Shown in pieces: positions 9,229 to 19,800 of a stretch of 50,231 nucleotides of DNA (position 1 is the first letter of the stretch; each line of letters starts with the position of its first letter). This stretch comes from a virus (taxonomy: Duplodnaviria > Caudoviricetes): IMG/VR virus record IMGVR_UViG_3300030376_004672, positions 1 through 50,231 of that record. The stretch is one strand, 5' to 3'. Below the pieces are notes generated by a model. It did no database searches. It was not told where the DNA came from and saw nothing but the letters and a program-made list of their open reading frames with translations. A program made the translations under genes and the position numbers.

Positions 9229-11660
9229 AAGATATAAAAATAGATATAAGTGCAGCCGGTTTTCCAAGTCAATTTGTGTCTGATGCTAAAAAAGCAACAG
9301 TAGAGTTTGGTTTACAGATTGGTCAAGCAATACAATATGAGTGGTTTAGAAAGGATGGAGTAGGGTGTAGATACTATAATCAATGGGGTAATTTTAATAG
9401 ATTAAGATTATATGCTCGTGGTGAACAATCAGTAGGAAAATATAAAAACGAATTAGCTGTTGATGGAGACTTGTCTTACTTAAATTTAGATTGGTCTATA
9501 GTTCCTGTAATTCCTAAGTTTGTTGACATTGTTGTAAATGGAATGTCTGACAGATTGTTTAAAGTTGAAGCATATGCACAAGATGCAATGTCTCAAGCAA
9601 AGCGTTCAAAATATCAAGATATGGTTGAGGGTCAAATGTCTGCTAAACCTATTCTTCAAAACATTTCTAAAAATTTTGATGTTGACCCTTTTGTTGTACA
9701 ACCTGACAGTTTGCCTGAAACAGATGATGAGCTTCAGTTGTTTATGAATTTAAATTATAAACCTGCTATTGAGATAGCTGAAGAAGAAGCAATCAATACA
9801 TTATTTGATGATAATCATTATCAAGATATTAGAAAAAGATTAGATTATGATATTACTGTTTGTGGAATAGCGTGTGCTAAACATGAATTTTTAGAAGGTA
9901 GTGGTGTAACAATAACTTATGTTGACCCTGCAAATTTAGTATACAGTTACACAGAAGATAAACATTTTAAAGATTGTTTTTATTGGGGTGAAATCAAAAC
10001 CGTTCCTATAATAGAGCTGATGAAGATTGACCCATCATTAACAAATGAAGATTTAGAAAAGATAAGCAAATACAGTCAATCATGGTATGACTATTTTAAC
10101 ACAGCACAGTATTATCAGAATAGTATTTTTTATAGAGATACTGCTACCATTATGTATTTTAATTATAAAACCACAAAAGAATTTGTTTATAAAAAGAAAA
10201 AATTAGAGGGCGGAGGAGCTAGGGTTCTTGAAAAAGATGACCAATTTAATCCGCCTGATGAAGTACAGGAAGAGGGTAATTTTGAAAAAATTAGTAAACG
10301 TATAGATGTATGGTATGAAGGAGTAATGGTAATGGGTACTAACTTTATTTTAAAATGGGAATTATCTAAAAATATGGTTAGACCAAAATCAGCATCTCAA
10401 CATGCAATGCCTAATTATGTTGCTGTTGCACCTAGAATGTATAAGGGTAATATTGAGTCTTTAACAAGACGAATGATACCATTTGCTGATTTAATTCAAA
10501 TCACTCACTTAAAGCTACAGCAAGTAATTGCTAAAACTGTCCCTGACGGTGTTTATATTGACGCTGACGGGCTTAATGAGGTAGACCTAGGTACAGGTAA
10601 CGCTTATAACCCCGAAGACGCTCTACGGCTTTATTTTCAAACAGGTAGTGTTGTAGGTAGAAGTTATACTCAAGATGGTGAATTTAATAATGGTAGAGTC
10701 CCGATTCAACAGCTTACTTCTAATAGTGGAGCGAGTAAAACTCAAATGCTTTTAACTAATTATAACCATTATATGGATATGATTAGAACTGTTACAGGAC
10801 TAAATGAAGCTAGAGATGGTTCTACACCAAATCCTGACGCTTTAGTTGGTGTTCAAAAATTAGCAGCATTAAATTCCAATACCGCAACAAGACATATTTT
10901 GGATGCAAGTTTATATTTATATAGAACTCTTGCGGAAGCATTGTCGTATAGAGTGGCAGATGTGTTAGAGTATTCTGCTTTTAAAGAAGAGTTTATAAAT
11001 CAAATAGGTAAATACAATGTGTCTATATTAAAAGAAATAAATGATTTATATATATATGATTTTGGAATATTTATAGAAGTTTCTCCTGATGAAGAAGAAA
11101 AAGCTATGTTAGAACAAAATATTCAAATGGCTTTATCTAAGCAAGACATAAACTTGGAAGACGCAATTGATATCAGAGCTTTAAGAAATATTAAACTTGC
11201 AAATCAATTGTTGAAAATGAAGCGTAAAAGAAAGAAAGAAGAAGACGAAAAAAGAGAAATGACTAAACAAGCTGTACTTGCAAAACAACAGCAAATGTCT
11301 CAACAAATGGCTGCTCAAACAGCAATGCAAAAAATTCAAGCTGAAGGTCAAATGAAAATGCAATACAGACAAGCAGATGTTGCTTTTGAAATAGAAAAAC
11401 TTAAAGTGGAAGCTGAATTAAAACGTTCACTTATGGCTGAAGAGTTTCAATATAACATGCAGATAAAAGGACAAGAAGATGCTGCTTTATCAAAAAGAGA
11501 AAGTGATAGAGAAAAAGCAAAAGCTAATAGAATAAGTCAACAAAATACGGAACAATCTAATCTGATAAATCAAAAGAAAAATAATTTACCTCCTCAAAGT
11601 TTTGAATCTAATGAGGACAGTTTAGATGGTTTTAATCTATCGGAATTTGACCCAAGATAG
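9225..11660 (+). CDS. Portal protein
   Basis: 811 aa after TerL; IPKFVDIVVNGM, TGLNEARDG and YDFGIF motifs, Q-rich C-terminal coiled coil. Confidence 0.85.
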   Translation: MKDIKIDISAAGFPSQFVSDAKKATVEFGLQIGQAIQYEWFRKDGVGCRYYNQWGNFNRLRLYARGEQSVGKYKNELAVDGDLSYLNLDWSIVPVIPKFVDIVVNGMSDRLFKVEAYAQDAMSQAKRSKYQDMVEGQMSAKPILQNISKNFDVDPFVVQPDSLPETDDELQLFMNLNYKPAIEIAEEEAINTLFDDNHYQDIRKRLDYDITVCGIACAKHEFLEGSGVTITYVDPANLVYSYTEDKHFKDCFYWGEIKTVPIIELMKIDPSLTNEDLEKISKYSQSWYDYFNTAQYYQNSIFYRDTATIMYFNYKTTKEFVYKKKKLEGGGARVLEKDDQFNPPDEVQEEGNFEKISKRIDVWYEGVMVMGTNFILKWELSKNMVRPKSASQHAMPNYVAVAPRMYKGNIESLTRRMIPFADLIQITHLKLQQVIAKTVPDGVYIDADGLNEVDLGTGNAYNPEDALRLYFQTGSVVGRSYTQDGEFNNGRVPIQQLTSNSGASKTQMLLTNYNHYMDMIRTVTGLNEARDGSTPNPDALVGVQKLAALNSNTATRHILDASLYLYRTLAEALSYRVADVLEYSAFKEEFINQIGKYNVSILKEINDLYIYDFGIFIEVSPDEEEKAMLEQNIQMALSKQDINLEDAIDIRALRNIKLANQLLKMKRKRKKEEDEKREMTKQAVLAKQQQMSQQMAAQTAMQKIQAEGQMKMQYRQADVAFEIEKLKVEAELKRSLMAEEFQYNMQIKGQEDAALSKRESDREKAKANRISQQNTEQSNLINQKKNNLPPQSFESNEDSLDGFNLSEFDPR

Positions 11661-11688
11661 TAGCTTAAAATAATTATAACATATTGTT

Positions 11689-11696
11689 TAACTTTG
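11689..11696 (+). promoter_or_regulatory. -7 element TAACTTTG upstream of scaffold/capsid genes
   Basis: Intergenic TAnnTTTG 22 nt before ATG 11719. Confidence 0.6.
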
Positions 11697-11718
11697 TACA
11701 AAATTAAAATTAAATCCA

Positions 11719-12798
11719 ATGAATCTAGAAAATATTAAAGTAAGAGAAGTTAGTGCACCTGAAAAAGGGAAAGCTGAAGTCGAACAAGAGCTTTTAGATA
11801 AAGCTGAAGAAAAAAAAGTTGTTGACGAACAAGAAGTTGTTGAAGAGACAATAGTAGATACTCCTGCATTAGATGATAATACAGTTTTAGAGTATTTAGG
11901 AAAAAGATATAATAAGACCATCAATTCATTTGATGAGTTGATGCAAGAAAGAGAGGAACAAGAAGCATTGCCTGAAGATGTTTCATCTTTCTTAAAATAT
12001 AAAAAAGAAACAGGTAGAGGAATTGAAGACTATGTTCGTTTGAATAGAGACTTTGATGAATTACAACCTGATAATTTGTTAGCTGAGTATTATTTAGCAA
12101 CTGATGAAGCTATAGATACAGAAGATGTAGACGATTTGTTAGATGAGTTTAGATTTGATGAAGATGTAGATGATGCTAAAGTTGTTAAGAAAAAAAGGTT
12201 AGCAAAAAAACGAGCTGTTGTTCAAGCTAAGAAGTATTTTAATGAACAGAAAGAACAATACAAACAACCCCTTGAGTCAAGTGCGGGAGTTAGTTCTGAT
12301 GACAATAAAAAACTAGACGAGTATGAACAATATCTCAAGAGTGTGAGAAGTAATGAGGAAGCGGCTAGAAAAAAGCAAGATTGGTTTTCTAAAAAAACTG
12401 ACGAGGTTTTTTCAAGTGAGTTCAAAGGTTTTGAGTTTACCGTAGGCGATAAGAATGTTACCTATAGTCCGGGTGATGCATCTGAATTGAAATCTAAACA
12501 ATCTAATGTTTTGAATTTTATAAACAAGTTTGTAGATGGAGAAACAGGATTGATGAAAGATGCACAGGGATACCACAGAGCTTTATCACTAGCTATGAAT
12601 CCTGAGAAGTTTGCCAAATTCTTTTATGAATTAGGTCAAGCCGAAGGAGTTGAAGATGTTGTCCGTAAAACAAAAAATGTTAGTATGGATATTCGTAAAA
12701 CTCCCGAAACTGCAACTACTCAAGGAGGAATGAAAGTTAGAGCTTTAAACACCGACTCAGGTCGAGGTTTGAAGATTAAAAGTATGAAAAAGAAATAA
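11719..12798 (+). CDS. Capsid scaffolding protein (putative)
   Basis: Very acidic, helical, lies between portal and capsid genes. Confidence 0.7.
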   Translation: MNLENIKVREVSAPEKGKAEVEQELLDKAEEKKVVDEQEVVEETIVDTPALDDNTVLEYLGKRYNKTINSFDELMQEREEQEALPEDVSSFLKYKKETGRGIEDYVRLNRDFDELQPDNLLAEYYLATDEAIDTEDVDDLLDEFRFDEDVDDAKVVKKKRLAKKRAVVQAKKYFNEQKEQYKQPLESSAGVSSDDNKKLDEYEQYLKSVRSNEEAARKKQDWFSKKTDEVFSSEFKGFEFTVGDKNVTYSPGDASELKSKQSNVLNFINKFVDGETGLMKDAQGYHRALSLAMNPEKFAKFFYELGQAEGVEDVVRKTKNVSMDIRKTPETATTQGGMKVRALNTDSGRGLKIKSMKKK

Positions 12799-12821
12799 GT
12801 AACAATTAAAAATTATTAATT

Positions 12822-14276
12822 ATGGCAGTATTAGCAAGTCCAACGTTTCAGTTGCAGCCAAGTGCTCAACAGGTAGCGTTGTCGTCAAACTATATTACTA
12901 ATGCTCAATTTAACTTTTTGAATCAGTATCTTCCTGATACTTATGAAAAAGAGTTTGAGAGATATGGTAATAGAACTGTTTCATCATTCTTAAGAATGGT
13001 AGGAGCAGAAATGCCTTCTAACTCTGACCTTATCAAATGGGCAGAACAAGGAAGGTTACATATTAAATATGTAAACTGTGTCTTAGGTGGTGCAGGTGCA
13101 GGTGCAGCTTCAGAAACTTTTACAGTTCCTGCAGCACAAATTGACCCTGCAAGACAACCATCAGGTTCAGTAGCACCGGCAGGTGCAGCAGGGCAAATCG
13201 GTATCAGAAAAGGTCAAACAGTAATGATTTCTGATGATACAGCAGGTTCTGCATTAAACAACAAAGGTATTGTAACAGCGGTTACAGCTACTACATTTAC
13301 TGTTGCAATGTATGAAGCAGCAGGTTTAGCAGCTTACGCAGGTACAGCATCAGTTTTCATCTATGGTTCTGAATTTAAAAAAGGAACTGTTGGAATGGAA
13401 GGTGGATTAATATCTAACGACTTCATTTTTGAAAACTCTCCAATTATATTAAAAGATAAGTACCAAGTATCAGGTTCTGATATGGCACAAATCGGTTGGA
13501 TTGAAGTTCAAACAGAAGATGGAGCAAGTGGATATTTATGGTATCTTAAATCAGAACACGAAACTAGATTACGTTTCGATGATTACTTAGAAACAGCGAT
13601 GGTAGAAGCTGTACCGGCAGAAGCAGGTTCAGGTGTTGCTACTCAAGCAGTTTATGCAGATGCAGGTAACAAAGGTTCTGAAGGGGTATTCTACGTTGTA
13701 GAAGCAAGAGGTAACGTTTGGGGTGCAGGAAATCCGGCTGATTTAGCAGGATTTGATAGCATTATTCAAAGATTAGACAAGCAAGGTTCTATTGAAGAAA
13801 ATGTAATTTTCGTAAACAGAGCATTCTCGTTTGACATTGATGATATGTTAGCAGCTCAAAATTCTTATGGTGCAGGTGGTTCTTCATATGGACTATTTGA
13901 CAATGATGAGGAAATGGCTCTTAACTTAGGATTTACAGGATTTAGAAGAGGTTACGACTTCTATAAGTCTGAATGGAAATACCTAAATGACCCAACAATG
14001 AGAGGTGGATTAGTAGGTGGAGCAATTAATGGACTATTAGTTCCTGCAGGTTCTACTACAGTTTATGACCAAATTTTAGGTAAAAACGCTAAGAGACCTT
14101 ATTTGCATGTTAGATACAGAGCTTCAGAAGCTGAAGACAGACGTTATAAGTCTTGGATTACAGGTTCTGCAGGTGGAGCAACAAACAAAGATTTAGATGC
14201 AATGGAAGTTAACTTCCTTTCTGAAAGATGTGTTTGTACTCTAGGTGCTAACAATTTCTTCTTATTCAAGTCATAA
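12822..14276 (+). CDS. Major capsid protein
   Basis: 484 aa after scaffold, strongly biased codons, followed by a terminator; WAEQGRLH and GFTGFRRGYDFYK motifs as I recall from Bacteroidota podovirus MCPs. Confidence 0.85.
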   Translation: MAVLASPTFQLQPSAQQVALSSNYITNAQFNFLNQYLPDTYEKEFERYGNRTVSSFLRMVGAEMPSNSDLIKWAEQGRLHIKYVNCVLGGAGAGAASETFTVPAAQIDPARQPSGSVAPAGAAGQIGIRKGQTVMISDDTAGSALNNKGIVTAVTATTFTVAMYEAAGLAAYAGTASVFIYGSEFKKGTVGMEGGLISNDFIFENSPIILKDKYQVSGSDMAQIGWIEVQTEDGASGYLWYLKSEHETRLRFDDYLETAMVEAVPAEAGSGVATQAVYADAGNKGSEGVFYVVEARGNVWGAGNPADLAGFDSIIQRLDKQGSIEENVIFVNRAFSFDIDDMLAAQNSYGAGGSSYGLFDNDEEMALNLGFTGFRRGYDFYKSEWKYLNDPTMRGGLVGGAINGLLVPAGSTTVYDQILGKNAKRPYLHVRYRASEAEDRRYKSWITGSAGGATNKDLDAMEVNFLSERCVCTLGANNFFLFKS

Positions 14277-14293
14277 GAAGTGTATATATAATT

Positions 14294-14324
14294 AAGGGAG
14301 GATTAACCTCCTCCCTTTTTTTTT
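14294..14324 (+). terminator. Rho-independent terminator after MCP
   Basis: GGGAGGA-TTAACC-TCCTCCC hairpin followed by T9. Confidence 0.85.
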
Positions 14325-14346
14325 AATCTAATTAAATTTAAATAAA

Positions 14347-15096
14347 ATGAAAAAGACAAAAGAATTTGTAGATAAAGTCTACCGTTTAGTAGGCGATAAA
14401 TATCCCTTATCTTTTATGTTGGCTACACAACACAGTAGAAGATTCCCATTAATGCATTTTGATAAAGAGACAGGTGTTAACAAACCTATGCGTTATGCTA
14501 GAAACCAAAAGTCTCCATTTGTTGACGACCAAGACGGTAATGTTATTTTAGAACCAATTGTGTTTGAAGATGGTATGCTAGTAGTTGCCAAAGAAAATCA
14601 AGTGTTACAAGAATTTCTTTCTATACATCCACAAAACGGTGGCGTATTTGAAGAGGTTGATAAAGGCAAAGAAGCAGCTGAAGATGTAGAAACATTATAC
14701 GCTGAAGTAGATGCATTAATTCTTGCAAGAGAAATGACGTTAACACAGCTCGAAACTATTGGTAGAGTTTTGTTTGGAGATATTAACAAACTAACTACAG
14801 CTGAATTAAAAAGAGATATGCTAGTATTTGCTAGAAGACATCCTTCAGATTTAGTAAACATGGTTAATGACCCAATGTTAAAATTATATTCTAAGGTTCA
14901 ATTATTCTTTGACAATAAACTATTGGTTTATAGAAATGGAAAAAAAGATGTGCACTTTAACACTTCTTCTAACAAGAAGAGAATGGTTAGTGTTCCATAC
15001 GGAGAAGACCCTGTGTATATAGTATCATCATTTTTACAATCTGATGATGGAATAGAAGCATTAAAACTACTTGAAAAACGCTTGGAAGACAAGTAA
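14347..15096 (+). CDS. Hypothetical virion-module protein
   Basis: 249-aa ORF between two terminators in the head-tail module. Confidence 0.7.
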   Translation: MKKTKEFVDKVYRLVGDKYPLSFMLATQHSRRFPLMHFDKETGVNKPMRYARNQKSPFVDDQDGNVILEPIVFEDGMLVVAKENQVLQEFLSIHPQNGGVFEEVDKGKEAAEDVETLYAEVDALILAREMTLTQLETIGRVLFGDINKLTTAELKRDMLVFARRHPSDLVNMVNDPMLKLYSKVQLFFDNKLLVYRNGKKDVHFNTSSNKKRMVSVPYGEDPVYIVSSFLQSDDGIEALKLLEKRLEDK

Positions 15097-15102
15097 TTTG
15101 AG

Positions 15103-15135
15103 AAGGGGATGAAAAAATCATCCTCTTTTTTTTTT
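15103..15135 (+). terminator. Rho-independent terminator
   Basis: AGGGGATGA-AAAAA-TCATCCTCT hairpin followed by a long T tract. Confidence 0.85.
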
Positions 15136-15138
15136 GCT

Positions 15139-15146
15139 TATCTTTG
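15139..15146 (+). promoter_or_regulatory. -7 element TATCTTTG restarting transcription after the terminator
   Basis: TAnnTTTG immediately after the T tract, 15 nt before ATG 15162. Confidence 0.6.
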
Positions 15147-15161
15147 TAAAAAAGATAACAG

Positions 15162-15899
15162 ATGATACAACAGGTTTATGATGCTGTTCTTGCTATATTG
15201 AATAAGAATAACTACGGTTACTTATCACCTGCAGATTTTAATTTATATGCCCAACAAGCACAATTAGATTTGTTTGAAGATATATTTTATCAATATAACG
15301 CTCAAGTCACTAAAGAAAACTTAAGAGGGTCAGGTACAGGTTATGCAGATATTAAGAAAGGTATTGTTGAAGTAATTGATATGTTTTCAGTTACTGCAGC
15401 ATTGAATCATCTAGCTAACAATACTTACAGTATGCCATCTACTCCAACCACAGGTTCTGATTTTTATTTTATAAACAAAGTTTTATGCTATGATGCGGCA
15501 GGTGTTACTTTTACAGGTGAAGCAGAGAGAGTAAGTCAAGCTAAAATAACATTATTAAATAATTCTTTATATACAGCACCAACAACTACATACCCTGCTT
15601 ACACTACTGAAGGTAGTGTAATGACTGTGTATCCATCATCAATTATACTTGCGGGTCAAGTACAGGCACAATACATAAGATATCCGGCTACTCCACAATG
15701 GACATATGTTTCTTTGGGTGCAGCTCAACAACCACAATTTAGTGTAACAGCTAGTTATCAAGATTTTGAACTACCTCTAGATTATTTTCAAGATTTAGTA
15801 AATAAAATATTACAATTTGCAGGTATGGAAATTAGAGATGGAGAAATAGTCCAATTTGCTTTAGGACAAGAACAGATTGAAAACCAAGATGAACAATAA
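15162..15899 (+). CDS. Head-tail adaptor / tail ring protein (putative)
   Basis: Position after MCP; LAILNK.N.GY..P.DFN..A..AQ N-terminus and Y.R.P..P.W...DFELP motif. Confidence 0.6.
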   Translation: MIQQVYDAVLAILNKNNYGYLSPADFNLYAQQAQLDLFEDIFYQYNAQVTKENLRGSGTGYADIKKGIVEVIDMFSVTAALNHLANNTYSMPSTPTTGSDFYFINKVLCYDAAGVTFTGEAERVSQAKITLLNNSLYTAPTTTYPAYTTEGSVMTVYPSSIILAGQVQAQYIRYPATPQWTYVSLGAAQQPQFSVTASYQDFELPLDYFQDLVNKILQFAGMEIRDGEIVQFALGQEQIENQDEQ

Positions 15900-16822
15900 T
15901 GGCTTATATAACAGACTATCAATATTATACAAATAACAATACCACTCCGCAAGATGCTAATTGGGGGTCATATCAATATATAAGTTTAGAAGATGTAGTG
16001 ACAAACTTTCTGTTGATGTATAATGGAAACCATTCATTAGTGAACAATGAGGAAAGGTTTAAAATTTTGTTTCATGCAAAAAGAGCAATACAAGAATTAA
16101 ACTATGATGCATTTAAAGAAATCAAAGCATTAGAACTTCAAATAACAGATACTCTTAGATATGTTTTACCTCAAGATTATGTAAATTGGGTAAGGGTTTC
16201 TATGTATTATGATGGGTACTTACGTCCATTGGTAGAAAATGTTCAAATCAATTCTGCAAGTGCGTATCTTCAAGACCATCAAGGTAATATATTGTTTGAC
16301 CATTTAGGTAATATTTTAAAACCTGAGTATTCAGAATTGACTAGACAAAGATTAACAGGGGTTCAAAAAACACAATATTTAAATCAAGGTGCTCCATATG
16401 ACGGATATTGGGGTTATTGTTTAGATGGTTTTTGGTATTTTGACATGGCAATAGGAGCGGCATGGGGATTAAATACCGAAACTGCAAATGCAAATCCTAC
16501 ATTTACTATAGATAAAAAAGCGGGGGTTATAAACTTTAGCTCTGCTATGAATGATAAATTGGCTATTTTAGAATACATCTCAGATGGAATGGAAAATGGA
16601 GATGATTCTAAAGTAACAGTAAATAAAATGTTTGAAGAGTACATTTATGCTGCTATTGAATTTGGCATCTTAAATAGCAAACTTGGAGTTCAAGAATACA
16701 TTGTAAATAGAGTTAGAAAAAGAAAATTAGCTTTATTAAGAAATGCAAAATTAAGACTGAGCAATATACATCCGGGTCGTTTGTTACAAAATATGAGAGG
16801 TCAAGATAAATGGATAAAGTAA
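15899..16822 (+). CDS. Tail structural (ring/tube) protein (putative)
   Basis: TAATG coupling; LPQDYVNWVRVS motif; position in tail module. Confidence 0.6.
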   Translation: MAYITDYQYYTNNNTTPQDANWGSYQYISLEDVVTNFLLMYNGNHSLVNNEERFKILFHAKRAIQELNYDAFKEIKALELQITDTLRYVLPQDYVNWVRVSMYYDGYLRPLVENVQINSASAYLQDHQGNILFDHLGNILKPEYSELTRQRLTGVQKTQYLNQGAPYDGYWGYCLDGFWYFDMAIGAAWGLNTETANANPTFTIDKKAGVINFSSAMNDKLAILEYISDGMENGDDSKVTVNKMFEEYIYAAIEFGILNSKLGVQEYIVNRVRKRKLALLRNAKLRLSNIHPGRLLQNMRGQDKWIK

Positions 16823-16823
16823 G

Positions 16824-19800
16824 ATGGCAAAATTACAAAGAAATTTCGTACAGGGCAAAATGAATAAAAGCGTTGATGAACGCTTAGTTCCTAATGGACA
16901 ATACATAGATGCTTTAAATGTTAGACTTGGTTCTACTGAAGATTCTGAAATAGGTTCGGTAGAAAACTCTAAGGGAAACACGCAGCTTACTACATTAACT
17001 TTTAACGGGACGAATCTGAGCAATCAAGCAAGATGTATTGGTGCTTATGAGGATGGAGCTAATCAAACAATTTATTGGTTTGTACATGACCCTGCGTATA
17101 CCGTAGGTGCAGCAGGTAAAATAGATATGATTGTTTCATATGATGCACAAGTTGATACAGTAACTTATCATGTGATTACCATGGATGACGCAACCGGCAA
17201 CCAAACTACTATATTAAATTTCAACCCTACATATTTAATTCATAGTGTAAATAAAATAGAAGATTTACTTTTTTTTACAGATAATTATAATCCTCCGAGA
17301 TTTATAAATGTTAAAAGAAACTATCCTAACCCTTTTGGAAATATTGACCAAGTAAGTGCAGAATCATTATTGGTTTTAAAAAAACCCCCTATTACTAGTC
17401 CTTCTTTTAATATGTATACTGCTTCAGGTGAAAATACGTTTTTGGAAGACAAACTACTTTGTTTTGCTTATAGATATGAATATGGAGATAATGATTTTTC
17501 GGCTACTTCTCAATGGTCAAAAGCAGCTTTTATTCCAAAAGCATTTGGTATAAGTAGTGCTGCGTATACAAATGAAGGAATGGAAAATAGTAGAAATGGA
17601 GTTGAGATAACATTTAACACAGGAGGACCTTTAGTAAAAGGAGTAGAGGTTTTATTTAAAAACTCCGGTGATGACGTAATTAAAGTTATTGATAATTTTG
17701 ATAAAGCTGAATATGGATATACTGATAATCAAGATGTTACAATAACTTTTAACAGCAATCAAATATTTACTGTACTACCAACTGACCAAATAGGGAGATT
17801 ATTTGATAATGTTCCTTTAAAAGCTGTTACACAAACAATGATTGGTAATAGAATAATATATGGTAATTATTTTGAACAATACAATATGGTTGACTACGCA
17901 GGTAGTGAAGTTATTTTAGATTATTCGATAGCATTAGCAAGTGAAGTTGTAGGTCAATTTGCACTAACTGAAACTAAAATAAGTTCTGATTATACTTTTG
18001 ACCCCACTTCAGGAACACAATCTATAGCTGATTCTGCAGTTACAATAGATTTTACTGACATAAGTTTAGTTCAAGGTGGTTTATTAGAAATAGATATTAT
18101 TTTTAATCACGCACAATTTACAGGTTCAGGAGGACCTACAGCCCAAACTACATCAATAAATATAGGATTTGGATTTAATTTAGTTAATAATTATCCCAAT
18201 GCTTTAGCATTAGCTACCTCAACAGAGTTTATTAATGCTGTTGGAACATCTTCAACAGTATCAACTATAGCTAACGCTTGTACCGGCAACACATGGACAG
18301 ATACATGGAATTGTGATATGCCAAACAACTTAGATACTTATTTTGCTTACAACTCAGGAATTACTCCTGAAGCGTATCCTAATGTTGGACCTATTAACAT
18401 AATAACTGACCCTGCAAATGTTAATCAGTTTACTCTTCAATTTCCTGCTATGGCTTGGTCGGATTGTGATGCCGCATCCTGTACACCTGCAAATATTGTG
18501 TATGAGTATTTTAAAATTGGTAGTGTAGATGCACAATATAGAGAGCTTTCTGAAACTGAAAGTTTACATAGTGACTTTGATTATGCAGTCGGTATTGTAT
18601 ATATGGATGAATTTAATAGGTCTTCACCTGCATTACTTGCACCTGAAGCGAGTCTTCATGTACCTTGTAGTGCGTCATTGTTTAAAAATAGAATAGATGT
18701 TACTATACCTACCGAAATGAATCCTCCGGTTTGGGCACATCGATATAAGTTTGTTTTAAAACCAACTAACACCACATATAATACTATATATACTAATATA
18801 TTTTTTAATGACCCTGCAACCTCTGCTACATATTTATTATTAGAAGGGGAGAATAATGAAAAAGTTAGTGAGGGTCAAAGATTAAAAGTTAAGGCAGATA
18901 CCAATGGTGCTTTGGGTAGATGTGCTTATGCTACGATATTAGAAAAAAAATCTCAAGCTGCAGGGTTTGTAAAAGTTCCATCTGCTCTCAACCCTTCTAC
19001 GGATATTGATGCACCTGCAGGAACATATGCAAAAGTTATTGCCGATGATTTTACAGTTGTAACTTTAAATGAAGATGGGACAGAAGCATCGGAATTAGCG
19101 GTTATAGAAGAAAAAAATTCTACTTATACCGATAGTGCAGGTAATTCTGTATATAATGCTTTACTAGTAAATACATTTGATGCATCAAGCACAAATTATG
19201 TGGACTATGATGTACCTCAAGGTAGTAGAATTAATTTGTATATTAAGTTTGAAAGAAGAGGTCCGGGTAAAGGTAATGGAAATTGTGAAAGGAGAATATA
19301 TACTCTTGACTTAAAGTTAACTTCAAGTTCAACTTATTCTAATTTTGCTGAGTGGTTTAATGGAGATAATATACAAGAATATTTAGATGGTGGAGATTGG
19401 GTTGGTGGTGATACAGAAGCAGGAAATCCTCCTGAAAACATTTATGATTCAACCTTATTAACTACTGCTTTTGACAGAATGCCTACTAGCTCAGAAGCTC
19501 AAATGACGGCAAACTCGGTAACTAAAAATAAATATAAATTTGTAAGAAGTTCAACGGATAACGGTTTATGGTTTTGCACTACAGGAACAGAAAGTTGTAG
19601 CGGTGCATTTTCTAAGAAAAAAAGAAGGTCTTCAAGTGAAATGTCTGTTATTGTTTTTAGAGCTGAAAGCACACTTATATTTGAATCAGAACCACAAGAA
19701 GCATTGCCTGATGTATTTTTTGAAGGAGACCAAAGTTATCCAATCATTAATCCCGGTCTATCTAATGCAAGACATGGCGGAGGGACAGCTACTCAAATAA